The notes: generated by a model from the sequence alone, not told the origin. Counted from the stretch's first letter, positions 21,601 to 29,388 are shown. The stretch is 53,310 nt of DNA from Candidatus Moraniibacteriota bacterium (GCA_942490825.1 CALNYG010000013.1:1-53310); one strand, 5' to 3'. Numbers and translations: made by a program.

Positions 21601-22551
21601 TATATTGTAACTCTTACAGAAGAAGATTCAACAGATTATACGGCGGATTTTGGTTATTATAATCCTTTTTGCGGAGATGGTTTATTAGAAGAGCCTGAAC
21701 AATGTGATGACGGAAATAATGTTGATAATGACGGTTGTAGTTCAACTTGTACAATAGAAGAAGAATTAACAACTCCAACAACTCCAACAACTCCAACAAC
21801 TCCAACAACTCCAACAACTCCAACAACTCCAACAACTCCAACAACTCCAACAACTCCAACAACTCCAACAACTCCAACAACTCCAACAACTCCAACAACT
21901 CCAACAACTCCAACAGAACCAGAAGAAGAACATGATAGTGATAATAATGATAAAAAAGAAAAATACAAAAAACCAAAAGATATCACAATAGAAGTAATCT
22001 ATGAAACAATCATTACTAAAGGAGGAATAAAAACAACGAAGCCAGATCACGTCTTAATAAATTGGAACGATCAAGCAGAAGACGAATCATCTTACGCAAT
22101 CGATAGGAGAGTGAATGATGAAGAATTCGAAAAATTAGATAACTTAGATAAAAACACAGAATCATATATTGATAGAGATACAGAAGTGGGAAACACATAT
22201 ACCTATCAAGTTTACACTAAATATAAAGGAGAGAGAGGAGAAAGATCGAAAAAAGTTTCAGCCTACATAGGAGAAAGTCAACAAACAACCGTTACAACAA
22301 TAGAAGAGGATAAAGATATAGATAATACAGAAAATAAAGATGAACTATCTTCAACAAAATCTTTTTTGCCAAGTGGAGCTAGTAAATCAAGTAGTAATAC
22401 TTTAAATTCAAATGAAGATTCAATAAATGATCCAGTAGAAAAAGATAGAAAATTCATCTATGTAATTGGAGGATTACTTCTACTAATAATTTTAATAGTA
22501 GTTCTTTGGAGGCTTTGGTATCGCTACAACAACAAAAAAATTTTTGAATAA
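12676..22551 (+). CDS. Giant secreted, C-terminally membrane-anchored adhesin-like protein (many DUF11-type Ig-like domains, 7 SBBP propeller blades, SdrD-B-like domains, DUF4215-like Cys repeat, PTT linker, FN3-like domain)
   Basis: Signal peptide; recurring DL.I.K...GD...Y.I...N.G and DN...N..DD motifs; DSxGNIYTTG repeats; CGDG....EQCDDGN...DGCSSTC; terminal TM IGGLLLLIILIVVLW with basic tail. Confidence 0.9.
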   Translation: MNTKINTKKFFLTLITVLILFLSFLESNASFTQDNNNGYFDVNFDNQTGWETDSVNQDSLGNYLSENTEVVGDSSLTIITGQSSANVTTLKIQPASFSAWGDVTLDITYANSSDASVSLYDCQSPSVPISGYLEMPLNGGKVDISSLDKTTYPCIRAKVNFNQTNTNLPKPVLNSINVDWDSLPVFLISHSAQSEVQAGDDVTYAINYSNSYSDAHDVVVYAPLPTVSNNSYGQSVSPTLRQASDGGLFTDTEIVVNDVTIPANSVYWSLGTVPAGLTTVLKYNITTENGLEDGINYASKVVINSSEAEAEGSNSVDTVIISTPKPNVDKTVSGVYNVGGIDYVNTQGNESQVIYTINIKNLYESRGRETIFNPVITDDLGAIFDKLTNQCSESNPEDRISEISNGGVLNVGDQKIVWDGFNHLGPGEADSVSFKVDYINCNLDETISNSASLTADNMPEQLANVDVKIGLDLEPNGYFAKGDKVRGVSSILAGRDDNRDKKQFYEETFSYLIKTGNRGIVTLNDNYIIDKVDSRLTFISASMPSNLNAITYYNVDGVNNDPNDPPDFDNVNGVLSGNWTTAEPNDPSTINWVAFYIPCLSSDLFPSSSGSCQDVPSSGIATIQVKVNTSDKVCNFYDISNLGNFHTFQASADISNDDSNLVSVNLSSFDEELTHIAPALADLSISSSVTGPKELGTTEIGEYVFSVKNSGSDTAQNTVLTLEIPQLSINGIMQPINLVGISGGVVDYSGLPNQVSIKLENIPQNVTKEVRINLSVPQGVSVDDTFELTAELKAKDDQDCQEITTNLSYLTKVKSLPELDVRKTVDQSIIKSGGVLNYQLHFQNSGDAPSHQSFVVDQIPEKTIFQKAYTTGTDDNFNEYTCNSNCKVYFANQSAIDSGDLPSNLSPSEPFSASEILSNFSLGNEADGEWIPSFDSEDVVYVAYLVDTVIDGNGQALLPTGTSGKVGLEIKNDEDGSGSPQGEIIYNYPAILSAELLQAIGNTVSSIILPDPGLRIEKTSDKEVIYAGEEFNWNVDYFNDAGNDDTEVVITDTLPLGVSLIAVYHQWNDATLSNDSSLSVAEEEITQNSNVTITYNVNGTTTVEVAISQGLRGGNLQNIEGGNLRFKVKTDEDSLTFSTLVNEVEGFFKNEDHQHTVRDEDDVRIVNPDLYLIKLVDKAELINGEDINYYLIVSNEGLHDSVNTVIADVLPAGLCYQGGSTQVLTADWSIGEPDVQVQNDDCENYPTTLIWSIANGNELQKSGLDSAVIPANSESINITYQVNVTNVDQGSVVVNNASITNDLPETPDEYPNSDNKEIRVPFPDPYIIKQAEKSTVLPGEAFDFNLIYGNNQRETATDVYFIDKFPDYDNDGTADLTLISVSPSVKNETIYYTDQASSVSDYTFPNFDYNNPTDNGWTVDKSTLSNPVTHIALSVGNLTELEGPYTATLTFKATDPDIDQDLDAGLILNNQTEIFSSTVDDDLTNNQSEDDVRTPNIDLVINKDLVQEGFSFGVTPGEVLTYDITFKNQGVVSACGVRVTETLPDELEVVDPIHNFNTLELVGGSENSVKPKDPNGIDIDENVFTTFSNLGNNKYQWLIGTDIGDETDYTQVCLPPGSQQTFQIYARVKDDVEDEASITNVVRIDEDTDAVEEVMDNNEAYDTTVVYKTDILVKKEGKGCGEDDICGNRDDNYSEVNPGDIVEYEIEYGNIGSIDAENVVIDEIIPEGTCYKLGTVEASQPSSTIVTYSNDNGVTYSYSPVDSGDGTDCMITNFKVNFNSALPSPTNFIGEDDVFIGDVNQVAVGDKVELVVTDQENWVRTFGGDANDMSNSIAVDSAGNIYTTGSFNGKVNFDSTGGTDEHTSNGESDIFITKYNADGSYGWTRAFGGTGKGVSHGISIDSSDNIYTTGYFNGTVNFDSTGGIDEHTSNFGTDIFITKHNADGSYGWTRSFGGMSIDSGHSISTDSSGSIYITGSFDERMDFDGTGGIDRHTLNGSIEVFITKYNADGSYGWTRTFDGMSINLSRGISTDSLGNIYTTGSFNGKVNFDSTGGIDAYTSNGENDIFITKYNADGSYGWTKTFGETNSDSGYGISTDSSGNIYTTGSFNGKVNFDSTGGIDVYTSNGENDIFITKYNADGSYGWTKTFGETNSDSGYGISTDSLGNIYTTGSFNGKVNFDSTGGTDEHTSNGDSDVFITKHNADGSYGWTKTFGETNSDSGYGISTDSSGNIYTTGSFNGKVNFDSTGGTDEHTSNGDSDVFITKYNADGSNVIVNEGGYDSSGSYIQLIQPVNPTSYNKLQVSQKLSNQTNIIYSLLKTNGSGVCTTTPISNYENISLEEKNYIDISNIDVITYSEVCLKAELETTNLKVTPTLEAWRVTYNSNEKPSFNFKVKVTDENIHTSTIDNTVVISTTTSEIDYTNNQDDNTLVVLNADLIITKITDLASGNIGDEVNYVIEVCNDGPQSVDDFEVQDTIPNSLDFISSDPVYSANSDRMFTWNFDSLNSGECQIINVLTEVNNTALPNDNLINSACVSSSTNDQDQSNNCDIATTIIGDYANIYIKKDGPNSISLGDEMTYQIDYGNNGNVDAENAFIIETIPENTCFQTDSILGIDNLLSYNVDYSNDDGSTFNYTPVGDNNRIDCNVTNFQITFNSVLNIGFSDLFNFNVVVNDDYNLVVNEAEIYNQISITTTTPETNLVDNQDDHITPIGLGLLSSISGYVFEDGNRNVEMDDGEYYIENSTLYLSGYDIFGNFYLPPESSHYYSEIAQNLLNLAISDGKIVSGYTLGDFLANETIITINSQSTDNNGYYIFSGLNPGNYLVAQVQPENYLSTGSTSMDGQGDQQNNSLTENQIFDIDLPVNYFSENNNFGEILGAIGSQLFYDNDQDGVYESDDGETGVSGVRVSLYKDTNNNGFFDDEDQVYSVAVTDENGEYYFTDLPVNQTYFVIPDSVDGYEFTLGAAGEDNNSQISDGYIVTLTEEDSTDYTADFGYYNPFCGDGLLEEPEQCDDGNNVDNDGCSSTCTIEEELTTPTTPTTPTTPTTPTTPTTPTTPTTPTTPTTPTTPTTPTTPTTPTTPTEPEEEHDSDNNDKKEKYKKPKDITIEVIYETIITKGGIKTTKPDHVLINWNDQAEDESSYAIDRRVNDEEFEKLDNLDKNTESYIDRDTEVGNTYTYQVYTKYKGERGERSKKVSAYIGESQQTTVTTIEEDKDIDNTENKDELSSTKSFLPSGASKSSSNTLNSNEDSINDPVEKDRKFIYVIGGLLLLIILIVVLWRLWYRYNNKKIFE
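18190..19482 (+). repeat. Seven tandem 195-bp (65-aa) beta-propeller repeats within the giant gene
   Basis: Unit starts at 18190, 18385, 18580, 18775, 18970, 19165, 19360, an exact 195-bp period. Confidence 0.92.
21772..21915 (+). repeat. 16 perfect copies of ACTCCAACA (Thr-Pro-Thr)
   Basis: 144 bp without a single substitution. Confidence 0.97.
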
Positions 22552-22663
22552 AGAGTCAGTTTTTAGAATTTAAAAGCTATAGAAGAGAATATGATAATTA
22601 GAGCTAAATGACAATTAAATTTAATTATGATAAAATTCTACTATAGATAAATAAAAATAAAAT

Positions 22664-23491
22664 ATGTCTAGGTTCGTAAAAAGAATTGTTATAATAGTGA
22701 TCTATTTACTCATTGCTGGAGCGATTATTTTTTTGATTACTCGAAGGTATGTAGATGATCCAACTTGTTTTGATGAGAAAAAAAATCAAAAGGAGGAGGG
22801 TATTGATTGTGGTGGGCCTTGTGATAAATGTCCAGAAAAAATGATTATTAAAGAAATTAATATTGATGATTATTATGTAGTTTACGGAGGTAATGATTTA
22901 TACGATGTGCTTATCGAGGTTAGTAATCCGAATGAGAGATATGGAGCGTCGGAGTTTGAATATAAGATTGATTTAAAAAATGAATTTGGTGAAATTATAG
23001 CTTCTCGTAAGGGAAATAGTTTTATATTACCGACTGAATCGAAATATTTAATTGAGATTGGTTTGAAAGTGGATGAGAATATTTCTTCAGCAAGTGTTCA
23101 AATTGGGGGAGAAGAGTGGAAAAATTTTGTTAATTTTGAGGTTCCAAAGGTAAAGATTCATAATCAAAAATTTGGATTAGTGGAGGGTGACACTTATTTT
23201 GCACAGGCATTTGGTTTGATGGTTAATGATAGTTCTTTTGACTTTAGAAGAATTGATATTAATATTGTTATAAAAGATTCTAGAGGTGTACCAATTGCAG
23301 TGGGTAAAACAGATAAGCGAACTGTTGATTCGGGAGGAGAATATGAATTTACTTGGAATTGGCCAGATGAATTTCCCGGAGGAAAGAATATGACAACAGT
23401 AGATATGCAGGCAGAGGTAAATGTATTTGATAATCAGAATTTTATGAAAAAGTATTCAGGAGAAAGTAGATTGCATGAATTAGGTCAGTAA
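22664..23491 (+). CDS. Membrane-anchored hypothetical protein with Cys motif TCFD...N..EE.IDCGGPC and Ig-like domains
   Basis: N-terminal TM helix, Cys-rich motif, then beta-rich domains. Confidence 0.8.
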   Translation: MSRFVKRIVIIVIYLLIAGAIIFLITRRYVDDPTCFDEKKNQKEEGIDCGGPCDKCPEKMIIKEINIDDYYVVYGGNDLYDVLIEVSNPNERYGASEFEYKIDLKNEFGEIIASRKGNSFILPTESKYLIEIGLKVDENISSASVQIGGEEWKNFVNFEVPKVKIHNQKFGLVEGDTYFAQAFGLMVNDSSFDFRRIDINIVIKDSRGVPIAVGKTDKRTVDSGGEYEFTWNWPDEFPGGKNMTTVDMQAEVNVFDNQNFMKKYSGESRLHELGQ

Positions 23492-23494
23492 AGT

Positions 23495-23921
23495 ATGATT
23501 ATAAGAAAAGCTGAAATAAAAGATATTGATGAAATTTTTAGTTTAGGAAATTCGGTCAGTGAATTCAAGGTTGATGATGATGTTGTTAATTTTTAGCCTA
23601 AAAATATTCTAGTTAACTCTATTAAAGACAATAATCCATTTTTTGTAGCTGAAAATGAAGGAGGTATTGTTGGGTTTATAATTGCAAATTATAACCTTTC
23701 TTTTAAAAAAGCAATTATTGAAAATATTTTTGTTAAGAATGATTATAGAAATTTAAAAATTGGACAAAAATTATTAAAAACTTTATTGAATGAGTTGATA
23801 GAAATAGGCTGTAAATATGTTTGTTCTTTTGTCGAGCTTGATAATGATAGTTTAATAAATTTTTTATATAGGGAATAAATTTAATAAAGGTATTGAATTT
23901 ATCTGGTTAGATAAAATTTAG
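23495..23921 (+). pseudogene. GNAT acetyltransferase pseudogene
   Basis: MIIRKAEIKDIDEI start; in-frame TAG 23594-23596 at F*P (probably TGG); GNAT core IENIFVKNDYRNLKIGQKLL; extra T in T6 run 23860-23865 before FYIGNKFNKG...WLDKI*. Confidence 0.8.
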
Positions 23922-24029
23922 AAAATGATTTTAAAGAAAGTGAGAGAGATTGATAATTTGTGTAATATCATTATTTTTGATAAAATTTTAGTAGAGATGA
24001 TGAATTAAAATAAAAACTTAAAATAAATT

Positions 24030-24470
24030 ATGAAATTTTATAAAGAGACTATAGAATTCGAAAGTAAGATTCAAGTTGAGTTTGTGGATATAACTAATCA
24101 AGTTATAGAAATAATTGAGAAAAGTAGTATTCGTAATGGTCAAGTAACAATTTTTTCCCAACATACTACGTTAGGATTAATGATCAATCATAATGAAAAG
24201 ATGTTGATGCAAGATTTGACGAATCTTCTTTATAAATTATCTCCAGTTGATCAGAAGTACGCACATGATCTATTTGAAATAAAAAAAGATAATAAAGGAG
24301 ATGGTAGAAGCAACGGACATTCTCACTGTAAGGCAGTTCTATTAGGGTCAAGCGAGACTGTGCCAATTGCAAGAGGAAAAATGATACTTTCAGATGCTCA
24401 GAGTATTTTAGCAGTTGAATTGGATGGCTCTCGACAGCGAGATGTTGTTGTTCATATAATTGGTGAATAG
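24030..24470 (+). CDS. yjbQ: YjbQ / UPF0047 family protein
   Basis: FVDIT, QHTTLGL.IN, Y.HD, NGHSH.K..LLG.S, AQSI..VELDG.R.R. Confidence 0.9.
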   Translation: MKFYKETIEFESKIQVEFVDITNQVIEIIEKSSIRNGQVTIFSQHTTLGLMINHNEKMLMQDLTNLLYKLSPVDQKYAHDLFEIKKDNKGDGRSNGHSHCKAVLLGSSETVPIARGKMILSDAQSILAVELDGSRQRDVVVHIIGE

Positions 24471-24513
24471 AATTTTAATATTTTTTTAAAGAATAATTTA
24501 CTTAAAAAGTAGT

Positions 24514-25515
24514 ATGAAGAAAATTTTTGTAGTTCTGATTTTAATTTTAGTTTCTTTTTCGATTATGCACTATATGATGCGTAGTTCTCGTTCTGCTAAT
24601 GAAATAGAAAAAACTTTTATAATTGAGAAAGGGGATGACTTAGTGACGGTGGGAAAAAAATTAGCTAAAGAAGATTTAGTAAATAGTAAATGGTTTTTTT
24701 ACTATTATGCTTGGAAAGAAAAGTTGCGAGGAAAGATTATTGCAGGCGAATATCATATAATGCCAAATAGTAGTATTGCAGATATTGCATATAAAATTAC
24801 AGAAGGTGAAGTAAAAATTAAACAAAAAGATGGTGTGAAAGTTACTTTTCCAGAAGGTTGGACTATTGAAAAGATAGTAAATAGATTAAATAAAAACAAC
24901 TTACCTGGTGATGAATTTAGGGAGATAGCAAAAAATCCTTCAGCGGAGATTATGAATGAATTTACTTTTATTCCAGAAGGTAAGTCTTTAGAAGGTTTTC
25001 TTTTTCCTGATACTTATATTTTCACTGCTGATGCTACAGCGGAAAATATTATTATTAAAATGCTATCTAATTTCGATAAAAAAGTTTCTAGTGATATGCG
25101 AGATTATTTGGCTGCGGAGGAAAAATCTCTTTATGAAACTTTGATTTTTGCAAGTATTATTGAGGGTGAAGTTCCGAGTAACGCGGATAGAGGAATTGTT
25201 GCTGGAATTTTTAAGAATCGTTTAGATATTAATATGGCTTTGCAAAGTGATGCAACTATTGATTATATTAAAGGTGAGGCGGAAGTTAAGCATAATTTAG
25301 CTGATCTCGAGATTGATTCTCTCTATAATACCTATATGCATCCTGGATTACCACCTGGACCTATTAATAATCCTTCATTAGCTTCGATTAAAGCGGCGAT
25401 TAATCCTGCCGAGACTGACTATATGTATTTTCTGAATAATGCTGAAACTGGCGAGACTGTTTTTTCTAAGACTTTTGATGAGCATATAGGAAGTAAGGGT
25501 GAGAATGGATTGTAA
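24514..25515 (+). CDS. mltG: Endolytic murein transglycosylase
   Basis: VTFPEGWT, LEGFLFPDTY, ASIIEGE, LQSDAT, YNTYMHPGLPPGPINNP. Confidence 0.95.
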   Translation: MKKIFVVLILILVSFSIMHYMMRSSRSANEIEKTFIIEKGDDLVTVGKKLAKEDLVNSKWFFYYYAWKEKLRGKIIAGEYHIMPNSSIADIAYKITEGEVKIKQKDGVKVTFPEGWTIEKIVNRLNKNNLPGDEFREIAKNPSAEIMNEFTFIPEGKSLEGFLFPDTYIFTADATAENIIIKMLSNFDKKVSSDMRDYLAAEEKSLYETLIFASIIEGEVPSNADRGIVAGIFKNRLDINMALQSDATIDYIKGEAEVKHNLADLEIDSLYNTYMHPGLPPGPINNPSLASIKAAINPAETDYMYFLNNAETGETVFSKTFDEHIGSKGENGL

Positions 25516-25539
25516 AAATATTTGTAGATTTTTTAATGT

Positions 25540-25572
25540 AGACAGTGAGTTTTTCTCTCACTGTCTTTTTTT
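25540..25572 (+). terminator. Intrinsic terminator after mltG
   Basis: agacagtgag / ctcactgtct stem with T7 tail. Confidence 0.8.
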
Positions 25573-25746
25573 ATTTAATATTTTTTGATAAGTTTTTTTG
25601 CTAAAATTTGGTGGTTTTTCGTAGTAAATTTAGAGGTTCTTTTCTTAGGAAAAAATAAATACGCTTAGAATTTTATAAATTTAATTTCAGATAACATAGT
25701 TTCTTGAAATGTAATTATTTTTTGATTTTCAAATAATTTTAATTTT

Positions 25747-25755
25747 TGCTATAAT
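25747..25755 (+). promoter_or_regulatory. Extended -10 promoter of gap
   Basis: TGcTATAAT 35 nt before the ATG. Confidence 0.55.
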
Positions 25756-25790
25756 TTAGGTGAGATATTTTAAATAAATAATAAAAATAT

Positions 25791-26807
25791 ATGAAAATAA
25801 AAATTGCAATAAATGGTTTTGGAAGAATTGGGCGAGCAGCTTTTAAGATTTTATCTGAGAAAGAAAATTGTGAAGTGGTGGCGATTAATGATTTAACTGA
25901 TAATAAAACTTTATCTTATTTATTAAAGCATGATAGTGTTTTTAGAACTTATGATAAAGATGTTTCATATTCTGAAAATTCAATTTCTGTCGATGGAAAA
26001 GAATATCCTGTTTTCGCTAATCCTAATCCAGCTGAACTGCCTTGGGGCGAATACGATGTTGATGTAGTTTTGGAGTGTACCGGATTTTTTGTTAAAGATG
26101 GTGCCGCTTATGCACATATTGATGCCGGAGCTAAACGAGTAGTTTTGAGTGCACCGGACAAAGGTGAAAGTGATGTTGAGACATTTGTGTTGGGCGTTCG
26201 AAAGCCAGATGAAAAATCTCCCAAAGTTATTTCAAATGCTTCTTGCACAACTAACTGTATTGCTCCAGTTATGGAAGTTATTAATAATAAATTTGGTGTG
26301 GAAAAATCTTTGATGACGACGATTCATTCATATACTTCAACACAAAAGTTGCAAGATTCTCCTGCGAAGGATTTACGAAAAGGTCGAGCAGCGGCTCAAA
26401 ATATGATTCCAACTACAACTGGTGCGGCAATTGCGACGACTAAAGTTATTCCTGATTTAGTAGGTAAGTTTGATGGGATGTCCGTGCGTGTTCCAACGAT
26501 TGATGTTTCTTTCGCAGATATTACTTTTGTTTTGAAAACGGATGTTACGGTTGAGGAAGTTAATAATTCTTTGATTGAAGCGGCTGCTGGTGATTTTAAG
26601 GGAATTATTGGTGTTACGGATGAGCCGTTGGTTTCTAGTGATTTTATTGGTGATGAGCGTTCTGCGATTGTGGATTTGCCGTTTACTGCTGTGGTGGGTG
26701 GTAATTTGGTGAAGGTGGTGGCTTGGTATGATAATGAATGGGGGTATGCGAATAGGTTGGTTGATATGGGAATCGAGGTTGGGAAGATTGTTGGGTTGGA
26801 GGGGTAA
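25791..26807 (+). CDS. gap: Type I glyceraldehyde-3-phosphate dehydrogenase
   Basis: INGFGRIGR, ISNASCTTNCIAP, VAWYDNEWGY. Confidence 0.99.
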   Translation: MKIKIAINGFGRIGRAAFKILSEKENCEVVAINDLTDNKTLSYLLKHDSVFRTYDKDVSYSENSISVDGKEYPVFANPNPAELPWGEYDVDVVLECTGFFVKDGAAYAHIDAGAKRVVLSAPDKGESDVETFVLGVRKPDEKSPKVISNASCTTNCIAPVMEVINNKFGVEKSLMTTIHSYTSTQKLQDSPAKDLRKGRAAAQNMIPTTTGAAIATTKVIPDLVGKFDGMSVRVPTIDVSFADITFVLKTDVTVEEVNNSLIEAAAGDFKGIIGVTDEPLVSSDFIGDERSAIVDLPFTAVVGGNLVKVVAWYDNEWGYANRLVDMGIEVGKIVGLEG

Positions 26808-26881
26808 TAAAAATTGGTGTTGCTAAAAGATATTTTGTGTGATAGTCTTTTGTGAATGGTTAATTTTTAAAGAATTTACTT

Positions 26882-27643
26882 ATGAAAAAGATATTTTTAG
26901 TTTTGTTTGGAATTTTAGTTTTTAGTGGTTGTGGAAAACCAGATTTAGGATATGACTATGATTATGTCACTAAATTTGATGGCGTTTATTATAAAGAAAT
27001 GAAAATAGATGAGGTAGATTCTGCAACTTTTCAAGCTTTAGGCGGTTTTTATGCAAAAGATAAAAACAATGTATATGATCATGGTCATAAATTGGAAGGA
27101 ATTGATCCTGAAAGTTTTCAAGTTTTAGATGACAATTCTTATTTTAAAGATAAAAATAATGTTTTTTATTATAATGATACACCAGAAGAGCCTGTTAAAT
27201 TAGAAAATGCAGATCCTGAAACATTTGAAGTTTTAGATGGGTATGAATTTTATTCTAGGGATAAGAAACACTGTTATAAGGATGGAGAGATAGTTGATAA
27301 TTCTGAATGTGATGTTGTTAGTTTGTATTATAATATCTACATAAAGGAAATTTTATATGGTGCAGTTTCTTCTAAAGAAGATAAAGATTTATTAGCAATT
27401 AATAATAAATTTGTCACAGATAATTTTATACAGAACTACAATAGTGAATTGTATCATGATCCTATTTTGTGTGCTCAAGATTATCCAAGTGAGTATAAAG
27501 ATGTGAATGTAAAATTTTTAGTTCAGGATGAAAATTCAGCAAAAGTCATCGTTAAAGTTAATGAAAAATGGGCAGATATAAATATTGATTTAATTAAGGC
27601 GGGGCATAGTTGGAAAATTGATAAAATTATTTGTTCTGAATAG
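26882..27643 (+). CDS. Lipoprotein with DKNYY-family repeats and a C-terminal DUF3828/NTF2-like domain
   Basis: Lipobox LVFSGC; repeats YAKDKNNVY, YFKDKNNVFY, YSRDKKHCY; tail DPILCAQD...WKIDKI. Confidence 0.75.
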   Translation: MKKIFLVLFGILVFSGCGKPDLGYDYDYVTKFDGVYYKEMKIDEVDSATFQALGGFYAKDKNNVYDHGHKLEGIDPESFQVLDDNSYFKDKNNVFYYNDTPEEPVKLENADPETFEVLDGYEFYSRDKKHCYKDGEIVDNSECDVVSLYYNIYIKEILYGAVSSKEDKDLLAINNKFVTDNFIQNYNSELYHDPILCAQDYPSEYKDVNVKFLVQDENSAKVIVKVNEKWADINIDLIKAGHSWKIDKIICSE

Positions 27644-27651
27644 AATTAAGT

Positions 27652-27685
27652 AAAAAATCACTTTATTATTTTAGAGTGGTTTTTT
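27652..27685. terminator. Terminator hairpin after the DKNYY gene
   Basis: aaaaaatcacttta / tagagtggtttttt. Confidence 0.65.
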
Positions 27686-27704
27686 ATTTTTCCCAAAAAT
27701 CACT

Positions 27705-27732
27705 TTGCAAAAAAGCATAAGAGTTCTATAAT
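27705..27732 (+). promoter_or_regulatory. Putative sigma70 promoter
   Basis: TTGCAA-N16-TATAAT. Confidence 0.6.
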
Positions 27733-27813
27733 AGATAAGAGAGAAGAAAACTTTTTAGGTTAAAAATTTAGGACAAAAGATTTTTTGTCCCTACAAAAAT
27801 AAAAACAAAAAAT

Positions 27814-29388
27814 ATGCATGACATCATAATAAAAAACGGAACAATAATCGACGGAAGCGGCGAACCGATGTACGAAGCAGATGTCGCAATCAACAACGGA
27901 GTAATAACCGAAATCAATGACTTATCCCAAGATGACGCCAAAGAAATAATCGACGCCAAAGGACTTTACGTTTCACCAGGATTCATCGATATCTCAAACC
28001 GCTCAGACATGTGCTGGCAACTATTCATCGATCCAACAATGGAATGCCTATTACACCAAGGAATCACCACAATCATCGGAGGAAATGTCGGTTCTTCACT
28101 AGCACCAATTTACAATAAAGACATGTTACTTTCCGCACAAAAATGGATAGATGTGCAAAAAATAAATGTAAATTGGCAGTCGATGGAGAATTTTTTAGAT
28201 GTAGTAGAATCTTACAATCTATCAGTTAACTTCGGAACTTTAGTAGGACACAGCACATTACGACGAGGTTTAATTGGAGATGATTATCGTGGGTTGTCCA
28301 AAACAGAAATGCAGTCTTTGAAAAAACACATTACAGAAAGTTTAAAACAAGGAGCTTTAGGAGTGTCTTCAGGATTAGCTTATGTTCACGGACGATCAAT
28401 TTCAGAAGAAGAATTATTAGAAGTTGGAAAATTAGTTAAAAAAAATAATGCTTTGCACATAATTAATACTCGTTACGAAAGAGATAAATTTGTTGAAGCT
28501 GTTAAAGAAATCATTCAAGTCGCTAGTCAATCAGAGGCACGAACACACATCAGTCATTTAAAAGTTATTGATAAAAAAAATTGGGCGAGCATGGCAAAAG
28601 CTTTAGAAATGATTGACATGGTTAATGACAGAGGTATTGATTTATCATTTGATTTTTATCCTTATACATATACAGGTTCAGTTTTGTATAGATTTTTACC
28701 ACTTTGGGCTACAGAAGGAGGAAAAAAAGTAATGTTAAGTCGTTTAAAAAATAAAGAACTCTATCATCAAATTGCCAAAGAAATGGATAAACAAGAAATA
28801 GATCTTTCTTCTGCTAGAGTTTTCAATGAATCTTACGGAATGGAATTTCGTCATAAAACTTTAGGTGATTTAGCTAAGTCTCACGAAAAATCTGTTTCTG
28901 AAATGGTGTTAGATATTCTATTAGCTTATGAAGGGCGATCAATGATTTTATTTAAATGTTTAAGTGAAGAAAATATCATTCGGGCAATGGAAGATGAAAA
29001 TTCAATTATTACTTCAAATGGATCAGCTCATCCAAAGGAAGGTTCTGATTGTAGCCATGTAATTCATCCACGATCATACGGAGCTTTTCCACGAGCATTA
29101 GGTTTATACACCAGAGAAAAAGAAATAATTAATTGGGAACAAACTATTCATAAATCAACTGGTAAGGTGGCAGAAAAATTAAACTTAAAAAAACGTGGTT
29201 TAATTAAGGATGGTTATTTTGCAGATGTGGTTATTTTTAATCCAGAAACTATTATTGATAAGGCAACCATTAATAATCCTATGGTCTATGCAGAAGGGGT
29301 TAAGTATGTTTTTGTTAATGGTGAAATGGTTATTCAAAATGAAAAATTTAGAGAGGTTTATTCAGGAAAAGTTTTGAGAAGAAAATAA
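27814..29388 (+). CDS. N-acyl-D-amino-acid deacylase homologue (amidohydrolase fold) with degenerate metal ligands
   Basis: NGTIIDGSG, VSPGFID, GITT.I.GN, HPRSYGAFPR.L, GLIKDGYFAD.VIFNP, GVKYVFVNG. Confidence 0.88.
   Translation: MHDIIIKNGTIIDGSGEPMYEADVAINNGVITEINDLSQDDAKEIIDAKGLYVSPGFIDISNRSDMCWQLFIDPTMECLLHQGITTIIGGNVGSSLAPIYNKDMLLSAQKWIDVQKINVNWQSMENFLDVVESYNLSVNFGTLVGHSTLRRGLIGDDYRGLSKTEMQSLKKHITESLKQGALGVSSGLAYVHGRSISEEELLEVGKLVKKNNALHIINTRYERDKFVEAVKEIIQVASQSEARTHISHLKVIDKKNWASMAKALEMIDMVNDRGIDLSFDFYPYTYTGSVLYRFLPLWATEGGKKVMLSRLKNKELYHQIAKEMDKQEIDLSSARVFNESYGMEFRHKTLGDLAKSHEKSVSEMVLDILLAYEGRSMILFKCLSEENIIRAMEDENSIITSNGSAHPKEGSDCSHVIHPRSYGAFPRALGLYTREKEIINWEQTIHKSTGKVAEKLNLKKRGLIKDGYFADVVIFNPETIIDKATINNPMVYAEGVKYVFVNGEMVIQNEKFREVYSGKVLRRK

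Noticed and set aside
21614-22050. ORFs with LLE, VVG, NNS and CWS repeats
   Set aside because: Alternative-frame shadows of the 9-bp PTT repeat in the giant gene.
22366-22380. LPxTG sortase signal (LPSGA) in the giant protein
   Set aside because: Non-canonical and about 25 residues from the TM helix; a plain TM anchor explains the C-terminus.
10707-22551. Integrative island or prophage at tRNA-Asn
   Set aside because: No duplicated tRNA 3' end (att) seen, and no integrase or phage genes in the window.
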